From NCBI GenBank assembly GCA_026023565.1, contig JAPETS010000006.1, positions 868,001-932,000 of the forward strand: DNA of 64,000 bases. Reading direction: 5' to 3'. Shown here piece by piece: positions 35,740 through 49,133 of this stretch (positions are counted from its first letter, which is position 1; each line of letters begins with the position of its first letter). A program made the position numbers and the translations under genes. The notes under the pieces were generated by a model. The model was not told where the DNA came from and ran no database searches. It worked only from the letters and a program-made list of their open reading frames with translations. Source of the stretch: Cirrosporium novae-zelandiae (Eukaryota).

Positions 35740-38700
35740 ATGGCTGGAAACAGAAAAAAGAAGAAGCCTTCTAACCCGGCACGTGGTTTTGCAACAACTT
35801 CTGTTGCTTCCAAATCCAAGAAAGAAGAAGACTCTTCCACAGCAGATAATTCTGGACAGGACAAGTCCGCAAATGAAACTCCAAATACTGACCGTATTGA
35901 GCCTAACAAATCAACCACCAAGCAATCTGTTTCTCAGGTGCCATCCCAACCAGTTGAAATCGATTCTCTAAGTCCAGAAGAATACGAACGGCAACTTGAG
36001 GATGCCGAGTTACAGAATCTGGTCGATAATTACGGGCAGAAGGCAAAAAGGGATTCTGTTAGAGTTGTAACTAAGCTCCAAACAGAGAGACGGCTCTTAA
36101 GCACCCAGGGAGAAGAACTTAACACCTTTTCATGGATTAATCCAGAACTACTTGAAACTATTATTGACTTGATCAAAGCCGACCTTAGAAGTTCCCCATA
36201 CTATGATCAAGGCAAAGGTTCCTCGTCAAAGATGCTATCCGAAGACGAGCTTGTGATACGCTTGTGGACCTTACAGCAGACCCTGCTTGCGCTTGGATTT
36301 ACCAAAGAAATTTCTAAACATGCTTTGAAGAACATCCTCTCAAATAATTGTAACCTGCAGGGCATTTCAACACCAAAAGATACTATATGGGGCCTTGATG
36401 AAGCCATTGACTGGCTTGCAATCGAATGTCCGGTAGAAGAACTACCTTCCCAAAACCAACGACCAGTCATTTCTCGAAATAGAGTTAACAAAGCGGCAAT
36501 ATTTGAAGGATCACATGAAGGTAGGATACGGATTAACTAATTTTGTGATTTTACCAATTTATATGTGTCTGAGCTTATTATCAGGAACAGGTAGCATATC
36601 ATCTTCTGCCAATGTCTCAGACTCAGAGGGTGCTATGAAAGGAAATGTACATCCCACCAAACACAACCCGAAGGAAACGAGTAATGCAAATGCGGCACTT
36701 GAGAATATAGACTGGCCAAGGCAATCGGACTTGGAACTTGACCCAGATGAGCTCATTCCCACATACGTTAGCATCAAAGCCCAGCTCTTTGAACTACGAC
36801 CGGAGCTCTTAGACATGAAGAAATCTCGCAAGAAACTTTCGAAACATTTGAATAGACCACAAGAGGACCTTCAAGCTGAGGAGAAAGGTACCCGAGAGGA
36901 CCAACTTGAAGTTAGACGCCTACAGGGGCGTCTTGCTTCAATAGAGAAGGATATATTATTTGATTCCGAAGCAGCAGATGTGCTCTGGACTGAAAAAAGG
37001 AGGTCAATTGCCCAGGCTAAGAAAAGCCGACTTCTAGAGTGTCATGATAGCAATGACTCAGAAGTCGCAGAACAATCTCTTGATGAGCCTCTGTCTGTAG
37101 AAGAACCAGCAGTCGACGATACTAAAGTGGATGATGAACCTTTCCTTGAGGGCCTCTTTGCTCTCTCGGATGATATGAATGGAAATCCTCAGGAGAACTC
37201 GTCCTTGGGAGAAGGCAGTGAGGCATCTGTCATTATTATCGAAGATTTCGGCAAGATGACAGGGCTTAACCCTAGAAGGGTATTCGAAGAAGCTTGTAAA
37301 TCAAAGTATGAGACTTCCTATGTATCTCATTTTATAATAGTTGGAACTGATATGTCGTTTGTAATTAGAGATCCCTCCAGCAAGTTTGAATACAAACTCA
37401 TTTTTAAGTCTAATTTTTGTTGTCGGCATTTGGTGCAGGTCACTTGGTCTAAGGATATTGACATACTTAATCTGCTCCTTTTACCTAGAATTGATTGCAG
37501 TGTTCATGGGAGAACCGTCTCTGTTGCAATGAAGGAGATCGCTACCCCTAATTCTGCACAGTCCGAAGCCTACGTCTCTGTGGCGGCATTATTTCTAATA
37601 TTTTCAACTTCTTCCAAGGATGAAAAGGTCTATCTACGCCTACCAGCTATTTGGAGAGATCAATGGGATAAGTTCTTAGCCATCAAGCGGGAACAAGAGG
37701 ATAGAAATGATAAGGATACATTACGACAACTCCGGAGCTTAATCTCAGAAGCAGGATCTGCAGTCGAGAACCAGGGCACTATTCCGCAAAAAAGCACCCC
37801 AAAAACTACTGCCCAGAGGACTAATAACCTAAGGGAAGTCTCCTTCGTCCAAACCACCCCCTCTTTACAATTACAAGAATTATGGGCCCAAAAAGCATCC
37901 ACGAAGTCCTTCCAGGATATGATACTCGTACGGTCGCAGCTCCCAATCTGGAATTACAACACTGAAATCTTGAATGTGCTTAGAGACCACCAGATGATCA
38001 TAGTTTGCGGAGAAACGGGCTCTGGAAAGAGTACACAGACCCCTCGTTTTATCTTGGAGCACGAATTAAGCAACGGTCGAGATTGCAAAATATATTGCCT
38101 ACAACCCCGCCGTATCTCAGCGATATCTCTTGCTCAAAGGGTCGGTGAAGAACTGGGCGAGAAACCTCGAGATCTAGGTTCTTCCAAATCTTTGGTGGGT
38201 TATGCTATTCGTCTGGAAACACGAGCATCTCAACAAACAAAACTCATATATGCAACAAATGGAATCCTTCTCAAAATGCTGGAGAGTTCTCCAGATCTCG
38301 ATGACATCACACATATTATTCTAGACGAGATCCATGAGAGATCTATAGAAAGCGATTTTCTGCTCATTATCCTCCGCAAATTAGTCTCGAAGCGTCCAGA
38401 CCTAAGGGTTATATTGATGTCTGCTACAGTTGATGCGCAGCGTTTCTCAACTTATCTTGAAGGGGCTTCGGTTGTCAACGTACCTGGAAGGACATATCCA
38501 GTTGAAGCGAAGTTCCTGGAAGATGCAATAGAGATAACACAGTATAGTCCTGAATCTGGAGGATCTGGAAAGGGAAACTCAAGCTATATCGACGATGACG
38601 ATGACGACTTCCCTAGTTCTGATGCAAACGTCGAATCAGTTGATATCCAGGGTTATAGCTCAAAGACTCGACGTACACTCTCATCAATTAATGAATATCG

Positions 38701-40776
38701 TATTGATTACGACCTTGTGGCTACGCTACTAGAAAGCATTGCGACCTGTGATGATTTGCTCAGCTACTCGAAAGCTATCCTCATTTTTCTTCCAGGAATT
38801 GCGGAAATACGACGCCTCCATTCCCTGTTAGCTGGCCACCCACTTTTCTCAAGTGGGTGGTACATATACCCAATGCATTCTACTATTTCGAGTGAAGATC
38901 AGGCAAAAGCGTTTCTTGTCCCTCCGCCCCAAATGCGCAAAATTATTCTCGCGACAAACATTGCAGAGACTGGAATTACTATACCTGAGTAAGTACATTC
39001 CCGCACTAGCTTGAGACATGGCCCAATTCCAGTTTGAAATCCCGCATGATGGAGGTGCAGTACCACGCTGTGACACTCAGCACATGTCCAACTTACTCTT
39101 TGGAAACCCTTCCCTGCAAAATGATTTAGGTTTGAAAGCAATAGCTCGTGAATGCTAACCTTATTAGCGTTACCTGTGTTATAGACACTGGGAAACACAA
39201 AGAGATGAGGTTTGACGAACGCCGACAACTTTCTCGATTGTTAGAGACGTTCATATCCCGCGCCAATGCCTTGCAACGTAGAGGAAGAGCGGGCAGAGTA
39301 CAGCCAGGACTGTGCTTCCATCTCTTTACTAGAACAAGATTCGAAAAACATGTAGGAACTGTACCAATGATGTAGTAATCCACAACTAACTCTGTTCAGC
39401 TTTCTCAACAGCAGACTCCTGAAATTCTACGGCTTTCCCTACAGGACCTCGTTCTTCGGGTCAAAATTTGCAAACTTGGTGCTATTGAAGACGTTCTCTC
39501 GCAAGCATTGGATCCTCCCTCTGCTAAGAATATACGCAGAGCAATCGACGCTCTGATTCAAGTAAACGCCCTTACTTCATCAGAAGAGTTGACACCCCTA
39601 GGGGTCCAACTTGCAAAACTCCCCGTTGACATTTTCCTCGGAAAGTCGATACTTCTTGGGTCTATCTTTAAATGTTTAGATGTAGCACTGACCATTGGGG
39701 CCATTATATCATCGAAATCTCCTTTTAGCGCCCCCTATGGAGCCAAGTCACAGGCGGATGCATCAAAGCTGCTATTCCAAAGAGGTATCAATCTTGCCCC
39801 TAAAGTATGGATATAGAAGCTAACTAGATAGGCAATTCTGACCTATTGACGGCTTATAATGCATATTGCGCCTGGAAGAAAGTGTGTAATACAGCGGGAT
39901 CCTCGGAGTATCAGTATTGTCGCAAGCATTTCTTGAGCCCACAAAACCTTTCAAACATTGAAGATATTAAAATGCAGCTGTTAGTTGCCGTTGTCGATGC
40001 TGGTTTTGTAAATATTTCCGCTAATGACGCTGCTTCCTTGAAAAGGTGAGTCCATTTTACCTACGATGACATGAAATAACCGACGATTTATAGGTGTCGA
40101 GCCGGGTCTCGGAAACGTCACTTTTTTGAACTACCGGATGGGTTAGACATCAATAGTAACAATGATACAATTGTCAATAGTATTCTTGCTTGGAGCTTTT
40201 ATCCTCAACTGCTTCGGCGAGAAGGTCAACGACGTTGGAAGAATATAATGAACAACAGAATCGTTAACCTTCATCCATCTTCAATCGTTAGTCGTGTTGA
40301 GACTCCTCCGAAATGGCTATCTTATTATCACATTATGCAGTCCACAAATAAGTTAGCAATTTATCGCATTTAGCGGCCGTACAACATTACTGATGCACAT
40401 GCAGGTCTTATAATGCTTTTGAAGCAAATGCTGTTGATGATTTTTCCATAGCTATCTTCAGTGGAGACGCTCAGATGAAGGTCGGCTATTTCATTCTCCA
40501 CCCATTTTGGCTTGGTAGCGACGCTTTCCTGAAGTTTATGGGCTTACATTTAAGGCTGAATTACAGTTGTATGCAGGAGGCGTCATCATCGACGGAAATC
40601 GCATCCGGTTTTCAGTCAAGAGTTGGAGAGTTTTATTAGCTATCAAGTATCTTCGAAAACATCTTGAAGATCTGGTGAACTCGTCCTATAAACAACCAGG
40701 GTGGACGTTTGACAGCCGGCAACAACAGTGGTTTGAGATCTGGCAGCAGATATTTGCGGTTAGAGATAGACCTTGA
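35740..40776 (+). CDS. DEAH-box RNA helicase, DHX29/DHX57-like, multi-exon
   Basis: N-terminal KKKKPSNPARGFATTS; motif I GETGSGKST, QPRRISA, DEIH, MSAT, FLPG, ATNIAETGITIP, QRRGRAGRV, HA2 region; stop TGA at 40776. Confidence 0.9.
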
Positions 40777-43700
40777 AACTTCAATACATCCAGAAGCCGA
40801 GGCTTGGATTCTTTCTCTTCATGCAACTTCATGCAGCCCTACCAGCACGGATGTATCGAAGTTACGTAGGTGCAGGTCGCAGCTTGGCTAAGAAGATGTG
40901 GCAAAAGAATATGATAATCAACAGATACAGCTGGTGATGATGACTTGAGTAACGCCTGGGGATTAAATGAAACATTGGCCAATAAACTACAATAAGGAGA
41001 GACAATTCTGGTGGTTGAATATATTTATTGATGGAGGGGTCAGACGCAAGATGCGATGGGTGGTGATGATGATCTGTCACTATTTACTTGTTGACCAGGA
41101 CCAGGCCAATACCTCTGGGATGGATGACGGCGGACAATGTATGCTGAATGTAATTACAACTAGTTCATTTGCCCAAGAATATAGAATTTTGAGGGGTGTT
41201 TCAAATGGAGATGGATGATGAAGGTTGAGTTGTGTCTTCGCTGGTCACCTTGTATAACCCTAGAGATTATTCAGCATGATGAAGAAATGGCGGTGAAGAG
41301 TTGAAGGTGAATGTCTTAGTTTTTTTTCTATCAAAGTCAGAACTTGATTGGTCCTCTTACGTCCAGATTACTCCAGATCGGACGATGGATGAGCGTGACA
41401 TGCCGATTCTCAACAAGAACATCACCAGGATTGGTGTTTATTTCATTTTTTTCACTTTTTCTTTCTCTCAGGATTATCGATCGACCAGACATTTTCAAAT
41501 GTTGTTCGGTACGTTGAGGATTCCTAATCTGGCAAAGCTCACGTTCGGTCAAATAAAATACATGGACTAATAAAAAAACCAAAGCTGAATCCAATAATAA
41601 GACGTCCTTCCCTTCAGCGGCAGCCAGTAGATCGAGGGATCCTCCCGAAGGTGGCTTATCCTGGACCCAATCAGACTTATCTACACAAAGCTCCTAAGTC
41701 TCTTCGACGTGGCTAGGGATTATTGGACGTTGAATATTAATGTGGATGATGAGGGTGGGAACATTTCAAAAAAGAGCCCCCGATGAAGGGCCACCTGGTT
41801 CGTCATGATGAACCGACGACAAGTTTTTTTTTTTCATTTTGGACAATAAGGCAATTGTCTTTTCTGAAATGTTTCAGTCTCCGAGCTTTTGGGTATGTCT
41901 CGAATGTCTCGAATGTCCTTTTTGGAAAATCCCCTCTTCTCAGCCACAGCATAAGAACGACGACAAAGGCGGTGCGCCAGTGATCATGCATCGGGACTCT
42001 ACTCTAAGTGCCATTTAGCCTCTCCGACTTGACCTGACTGCACTGTTCAACCTAAGGCCCGTAGCAAAGCACAGTAGTGTGGTAGTGTATCTTCTTTGGC
42101 AGATGCTGCCGCTGAACGGACCTGAAACTTTGGAAAGGGTTCCCAGGACCAAGAAACGACTGATGATGGGGGGGTTGGTCCCTTGAAGGTCATCGCCGGA
42201 AGCGGTTCGATTTTGCCGGTCACACTCGCATATGCAATTGCGGGTTGTTGCAGCCGAGGAGCAGCAAGCCGAGCTAGGCCAGCCTAACCCAGGTTTCAGA
42301 AACACCAGGCTGTTAAACCGACTAATTTTACCCACTACTCAGTACACAACAGCTACTTACTTGGACCTCGTCGTCTTCTCACTGTCGAGGCACTCTAATT
42401 ACCTTTTCTCCTCCAGCCACTGAAATCCTACCAAACTCCAAATTCAAACGGCGAAAATGACATAGCCGCTCCTTCATGGGGAGAAAAAAAAACACACCTG
42501 TTGGATTTTGAGGCTCGGTGTATTACTCGATTTGCGGATTGCCGACCACCTATCATGAAGAAGGATCATGATCCTAGTAGCCTGCATCAGAATCTAGTTC
42601 TTCGATAACCTTGAGGTAGCACAAGGAAAGCCAACTGCACCCACAACTTCAAGCGATTGGACTTGGTTATATCAAAACAACCGTCATGTTATTATGTCCT
42701 ACCGTGCCTACACCAGAAAACCTCCCTTGCTTCCACTTTCTGCAAAGCTCTATTACTTTACTCTCCGAAACAGGCAGGCCATCATCTGACGATTATCGTA
42801 TCGGAGAATCCCAAAATACAATTTCTCTACCATTCCCATGACTCGGTGGATCAGAAAATAATGAAGATGAGAAAAAGTATCTCGTATTCTTAATTTGTGA
42901 GCTTTGGCCACGTAATATGGACGAGGACGAGGGTAGGAGGGACCCTGGTTCAATATTTTTTTTCCTGAGCATTAGAATCTTTTGGACGAGATAACAATAA
43001 TACAGGATATATTCGACTGAGACAGTTTCAAACAAAAAAAAAGGTCCATGAGAATTGCGTTATTATTATCCCGAAATGGTGTTGAGAAAAAGGACGACAG
43101 GCTACTCAGGCTGGCTACCTCCGTAGGACACAAGCAATGTCATGCGAGGTGAGGTTAAATTTGCATCTGCATTGGTTTCCGTAGGCAGGCAAGCCAGCCA
43201 TGTGTGACAGTTGGCCCTTGCAGACTAACAAAGGCCCGAAGAGGAAAAAAAGAGGTTCCTCGACTTTGGACATCTACAATTACAAGTTGGTCAATTGGTT
43301 AAATTAGTCTAGTGATGACTCGTCCAGGAGCCATCAGTTTGGTCATCATCCAACTCCTCTGATAAGCTATCGATAAACAACAGGAATTGCTATTATTTTG
43401 AAATCGGGCAAACCAAACGCTGGCTGGCTGAAGAAGGTTGTGAAATGAAACTTATCAATGACTCGGAGTAAGTGATTGCTGACGTCTCCACATTTGATTA
43501 ATTTTGAGTGTTGGAGGATTATCATTGAATGCAGGTTCAGCTTGGTTTGCGTATCTTGGCATTTTGCGGAAGAAAAAAGTGGATCTTTGTTCTTTAGTTG
43601 AGGGGAAAGTTTGACAGTAACTAGAAAGTAAATAGATGATGACGAACTTGTTGGTGTTGACCGGTGGGTTCCTTGATTGTTCTGGGCTTAATTAGATATG

Positions 43701-45397
43701 TACAACTTTCTCGCAGAAAATGGGAAATGGGAAATGGGAAATGGGAAATGGGAAAAGTGGAAAGTGGGACTTTGGGACATCTGGGGGAAAAGACTCCTCT
43801 TCAGACTCATTTCGACTCTTTTCGAGCCAAAGATTCCAAAATGACTGGTTGCAATTTGTCGGGTTCGTCGAGGGCTAAGCAACGCCTCCCCCCCCCTCCC
43901 CAAAGAAAAATGCCAACGCAGACCTCCACCAAGAAGCAAAATTGGGGACATGCGAGTAACTAATGGGACTTAATGACTTAATGGAACTTGTCGTGACCTT
44001 TCTAGACCTATGAGACTTCATAGACTGATCTGACCCGTCACTCGTCACCACACCACATTCTTGAACGTGTCAAGAACTTTGAGGATTATTGCCCTTCGCT
44101 TTTTAGTCAACTCGAAGGCGTCTAGTCCTCTAATCCTCTAGCTGTTTAGTTGCTTTGACTTTACAGTCGCTTTCTCCTTCAACGAGTTGCATTCCATGGC
44201 GACTCCAAGTCTTAGGATTGTAAGCAAAAAAATAAATAAGGCAATTAAGGCACTGGCATGTGGAGAGGAAGGATCCGGCCGATGAGTTTGGGCCAACAAC
44301 GGTCTATACAAAATCTTCATTTGGAGAAAGCGCTGTCCACGATACAGGTCTGGTCTACCAGTTTACAGAAAGTAACCAGCTGACGTGACAACCTTGAAAG
44401 CTTTAACAATTTACAATGGATCTGTTTTTTTTTTTTTTGGTACCTGCTTTACTTTGAGGCAAATGGCGTTTAATCAGTCAGCCTCTTCATTGGATTCAAT
44501 GGTCCCGAATGTCTCGATAAGGTATCTTTAATCGGTACGAAACGGGGGAGGAAGAGTAAGAGTAAGAAGACGAGAGGAGAGAGTGAGAATTAACTAATTA
44601 GCTGTATCACTGAATGGATGGCCAATGGGGAGGACGGCTTAGAAAAGACAAGGAACAACAAAGTGCAAAAAAGCAGAAAAGGGCAGGGTCAAGGCGCCTA
44701 ACTAATTAGGGGGAAAATTGGTCCAACCTATTCCGCGCATCAAAGAAAAAAATATGATCCATCTAAGACCTGTTTGGGCCATGTTGGGGCCTCCACGTCC
44801 TCCTTCTTAGCCAGTCAGCCCTCACCCTCCCAGGCCTTGACTTTTTCCCGCAGTCTTTAAGTCTCCAAGTCTCCAAGTCTCCCCACGCCACATCGGTACG
44901 AGAACCATGACATCCCCGTTCTCCATCTTAGAAGCTTAGAAGCTTGGAATCCACTGCTGCATTGTAAATCTTGCATTCTCGCTTTTCTGCCTCGCGCCCG
45001 AGGCCTTCTTTTTTTCTCCGCACTCGCGTGGAGTTGCTGCTTGTCTCGCAACAAAACAACAATGACAATGATTATCATTGGGGAAAAATTCCCTTATACC
45101 AACTCCAGCCACCCATCCTTGTTTTTGTAGCTTTTGGGAGTACAGATGTGTAATCTTTCTGGACCTTGCTGCTGCCAGCTGTCTTGCTCTCACCGAAACG
45201 TGGAGGTCGCAGAGATGAACATGAGCGCCTCAGCCTGAGGCTAGACATTTAGAAGTTCCCTTCATGGAAATCAAATTATTGATTTTTTTCCCCTTCATCA
45301 TCCCTGAACCGGGAAACACAAGCCCCTCATTCTCCAAGGGGGGCAGGATTAGGAAGGAACATGGTCGATTAGTCTTGGCCTATGACAGAATGTGGAT

Positions 45398-45399
45398 GG

Positions 45400-45430
<31 letters not shown>
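45398..45430. repeat. (GAT)n microsatellite
   Basis: About 10 GAT units visible. Confidence 0.9.
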
Positions 45431-46409
45431 AGGAGAGAAGCCGTGGAAGCATCAGACTGAAAATGAGCCGGGGATTTTATCTCGGTATCGGCCTTTTTTT
45501 TACTGTAATCATGCTCCTAGCTGCTTGAAATGTGATAGGGAATAAAATGATAGACCAAAGCGCGTAGGGGAAGATAAACAAAAATCCGAAAAGGCCAAAT
45601 TGACAATTGAACGGTCTAACGCCTTTAGATATTTCCAGTATTGAATTTACAGTGGACAAAGATGAAACTGTTGCCGGTGGCACTAATGGGCCTTGGATGG
45701 CAGGTAAACTTATTAATCCTGCATTCCTTGGATCCTGATGGTCTAGGGAAGGTTTGGAGATATGCTCATCTCCTTGAAGATTGGATTTTCTACCGTTACG
45801 CATATCATCTAAGAGAAACGCAAATAATCATAATAATAATGGGTACATTGGATGAGTTCCCTACTAAGGAGACTTGGGTTTACCCCCACATAGCAATTAA
45901 TGAATGGCAGTAGTCAGAAATAATCATGCGTCCTTTGACATTAATAGTAGTAATGATAATCATAATAATAATAAATAATAATAAAATAACTATTTGGGCG
46001 TCTGCTGAATTATCCCTGTTCAAAACTGCCTTGCCCACCCTTCGCGCCGTTCCGCATCTCGCAGAAAGAAAACGATCCGATCTCCCGTCTCGCATGGGCT
46101 CATCTTGGAGATATCATAATTCTTGTTCTTTGATTATACATACACTAATAAACTAGCTAAACAGTAATGATTAACCAGCTACACCTTTCATATCTGTTCA
46201 GCTGTATCGGAAATTTTAGCCTGTAGCATAGCCCCCGCAGCCATCAAGAAAAAAAGTCATCACCTCATTCTCTGCTTTTATTTTCTTTCTGATAACTTAA
46301 CTTTCCTCAAGTTTACACTTAACAACGCCTTGAGACGACGGTCTATACTCGGAAGCTTGTTAGACACCCCTCCCCCAGTCGGTGCCCCCAGCTGAGCTAA
46401 ACCCCCCAA

Positions 46410-46437
46410 GCCCCCCCCCCCCCCCCCCCCCCCCCCA
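46410..46437. repeat. Long poly-C tract (~26 nt)
   Basis: Homopolymer visible; exact length may be affected by sequencing error. Confidence 0.85.
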
Positions 46438-49133
46438 GTCAAGCTAAAGACAGGTCGCATTGGTTAGGCATATAAATCATTTCGTTTATGAGCAAACCAT
46501 AACACAGGGACACATAAGGTATTTCGTGCACAATTGCCCACGACTTCCCACCTAGGATAGTAAAAGGTCCCCTGGTCATTAAAAGTGCAACATCTCTACA
46601 TTCTGGATCGACCACGGCTGCTGGCTGTTCCGCTCTTCCGCTGCTCCGCTTCCTGTTGGTATGGTAGATTACACACCTGCAGCATCTTTAATTCTGTTAC
46701 AACCTTTGTGATGTCCATCCCCCTTCTCCTTAAGGATCAAGGGGGGTAGGAAAAAAAAGAATAAAAGAAACAAAACCAGCTCTAACTCTAGTTCTAGTTC
46801 TAACTTTGGTTCCAGCCGCCCAGATAGCCGCCAGTGGATTTTTCTCCTGCGAACCTAGTTAGTTGCAGATGATTTATTCTAAGGTTCTTGACAGCCGCCG
46901 AAGGCTGTTTTGAAAGTTGAAATAGTTTTAGTTGAGTTGGTTCTAACTACCTAGGCAGCTAGTTAGAAAGAGCTCTATAATTAATGATGCTGATATGATG
47001 ATGATTCATGGTCATGGATCGATATTAGGGATACCTAAGATATTCTCACACTGTCCACCTTGCCCCTAGCTAGCAGCTGTCATTTTGACGGTGCCACCCA
47101 TTACCATTACCCATTGTTCCTTTGCTTGGAGCCCTCGGTGACCTTGGTGGTGGCCACGGTCCGCATTACATATTTTGGCTGCCACACCCCCCCATAATTC
47201 GCTCACTACGGCGTAGAAACGCTGTAAAGGTAAAAAATCAGGCAAAGACATTTTCCGTCTTCTATTTTCCATTTTTCCACTTTCTAGACTCCTTCCCCCC
47301 CCCACTTCCTTTGTCCCTTTCTTCATATTTCTATACATTATTTCTATGATGAGTTTCTTATTAATGAAATTCCTTGATTTCTTCTCTTCTGAGCCCCCTC
47401 CCTCTCATCATCAGCCCCAAGTCGATGGGCTCCATTAATCGGAATAAAGTGATTTGCTCTAAAGATAGTAGGGACCTTTGTAATTACTGGGTTCTGGTGG
47501 TTTAATGGTTCATTGCTGGGGTTGATGAGTTGCTAAAATAATGACTAGTCTGCCAGGGTGGTCCCTAGCTGGTATCGCTTGAGGACCATTGAAAGCTCAT
47601 CGTGGATGTGTGTCTTTGCGGCCAGCCCGACAAGCCGACAAGCCGATCTGGACAGACATCGCTTCTCTCTCTTTTTTTTTTTCTTTTTACCGGCATCTAA
47701 TAATCTAGGATACCACTCAAAAGATCCTATAAACTAGAGACCTTATTAAGAGCTCTCTATATTGGACAGAATTTTTGGAAATTTAACAATGTGTATAATA
47801 TTGAAGTGGAAGAAGCTAACTGATCAACTAGGATTATTATTTCCCCATTCCTCTACTTGGTACAAAATCGTATATTTTCAAGTGTATCTAACTAGATAGA
47901 AGAGAGAGAGAGAAAGAGACAGACTAGAGACTGACAGAGACTGAGAGATTGAGAGACTGAGAGACTGAGAGACTGAGAAAGAGGAGAAATCCTTAACCCA
48001 GTTCTCCCCAAAGTCCCATAAGTCCTCCCCCCCCCCCCCAGCCCCGGTAACTTTTGCTTTCCACAACGAATACCTAAGTAGATACCAAGAAGCAGGAGGA
48101 CGCTAGGACCAGCAGAGAACCCAACCTCCCTCTCACTTCCACCCTACTTCTATCTATTTTGTTACCTTAAACTCTTTTGACCGCGGCCGCTATTCTCAAA
48201 CCCCAAAGCCCGACCAGCCTCTCGAAATCGACGACATCTACTCTACCTTTAGCCCACCACCCACCCACACCCCCCCCCCCCCTCCCCAATTATTTTCCTA
48301 CGAAGCCAATTCAATTACCTATTCAAAATATAGCCTTGTACGACTCTCCGTCTTATCTACCAGCTCTTGCTTGGATTTTGCTTTTCAATGCTGAATGCTC
48401 TCTCCGCTCTTTCGTCCTTTCTATGATTTGATGATAATGAACTAATGATCGGTTGGTAGCAGCTCCAATCCCTATACCGCCAATCTTCATTATTCACGAT
48501 CCGCTGTATGAAGACCAACGATTTGGACGATTCAAACGAATTTCTTTCAAGCCCTCCAAGCCATTCTATCCGATAGCTCCAACGCTCAAAGCACCGATTA
48601 TTTACCACGCAAACTTCGTTTTAATTCCGTGCATGATCTGAGACGACGCTACCTTTGTACCTGCGTGAATCAAGCAAACCCTTTGAAGCGAAGACCTTCT
48701 CTTTTAACGATTGAAACGAGCCCAACGAAGAGTGTATTTTGGCTATCTGGATTTTATCTGTGCAGCATCTGCAACTCCACCACTTCCTCCACCTTGCCGT
48801 TCTGTCTTCCCCGGACAGGTACTCTGCCTGGCTCGAGCTTCACCTCTAGCGCATTCACTCCACACCCATGCAAAATAAAAGACGGCTACACATTGTTCAT
48901 TGACTTGGAAATTTTTGAATTGAAAGGATCAAATTCACTATCGGAGGACAACTTGATTATTTTCGCCGCTGTGTGCCCTCGCTTGATTTGGAAAGATTTG
49001 GAACCTACACGAATTGACGATTGAAAAGTTTGATTCTGGTTGATAACATAAAAAAGGAATTGGATTATACAAGTCTTGGGTTCACGAGTAAACCGGAAAC
49101 ACCTCATCTTCCTTTCATCTCAATCTATCGATT

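Noticed and set aside
41301..48641. Short ORFs upstream of stuA
   Set aside because: Low-complexity translations, often with non-ATG starts; no domain motifs or coherent exon chains.
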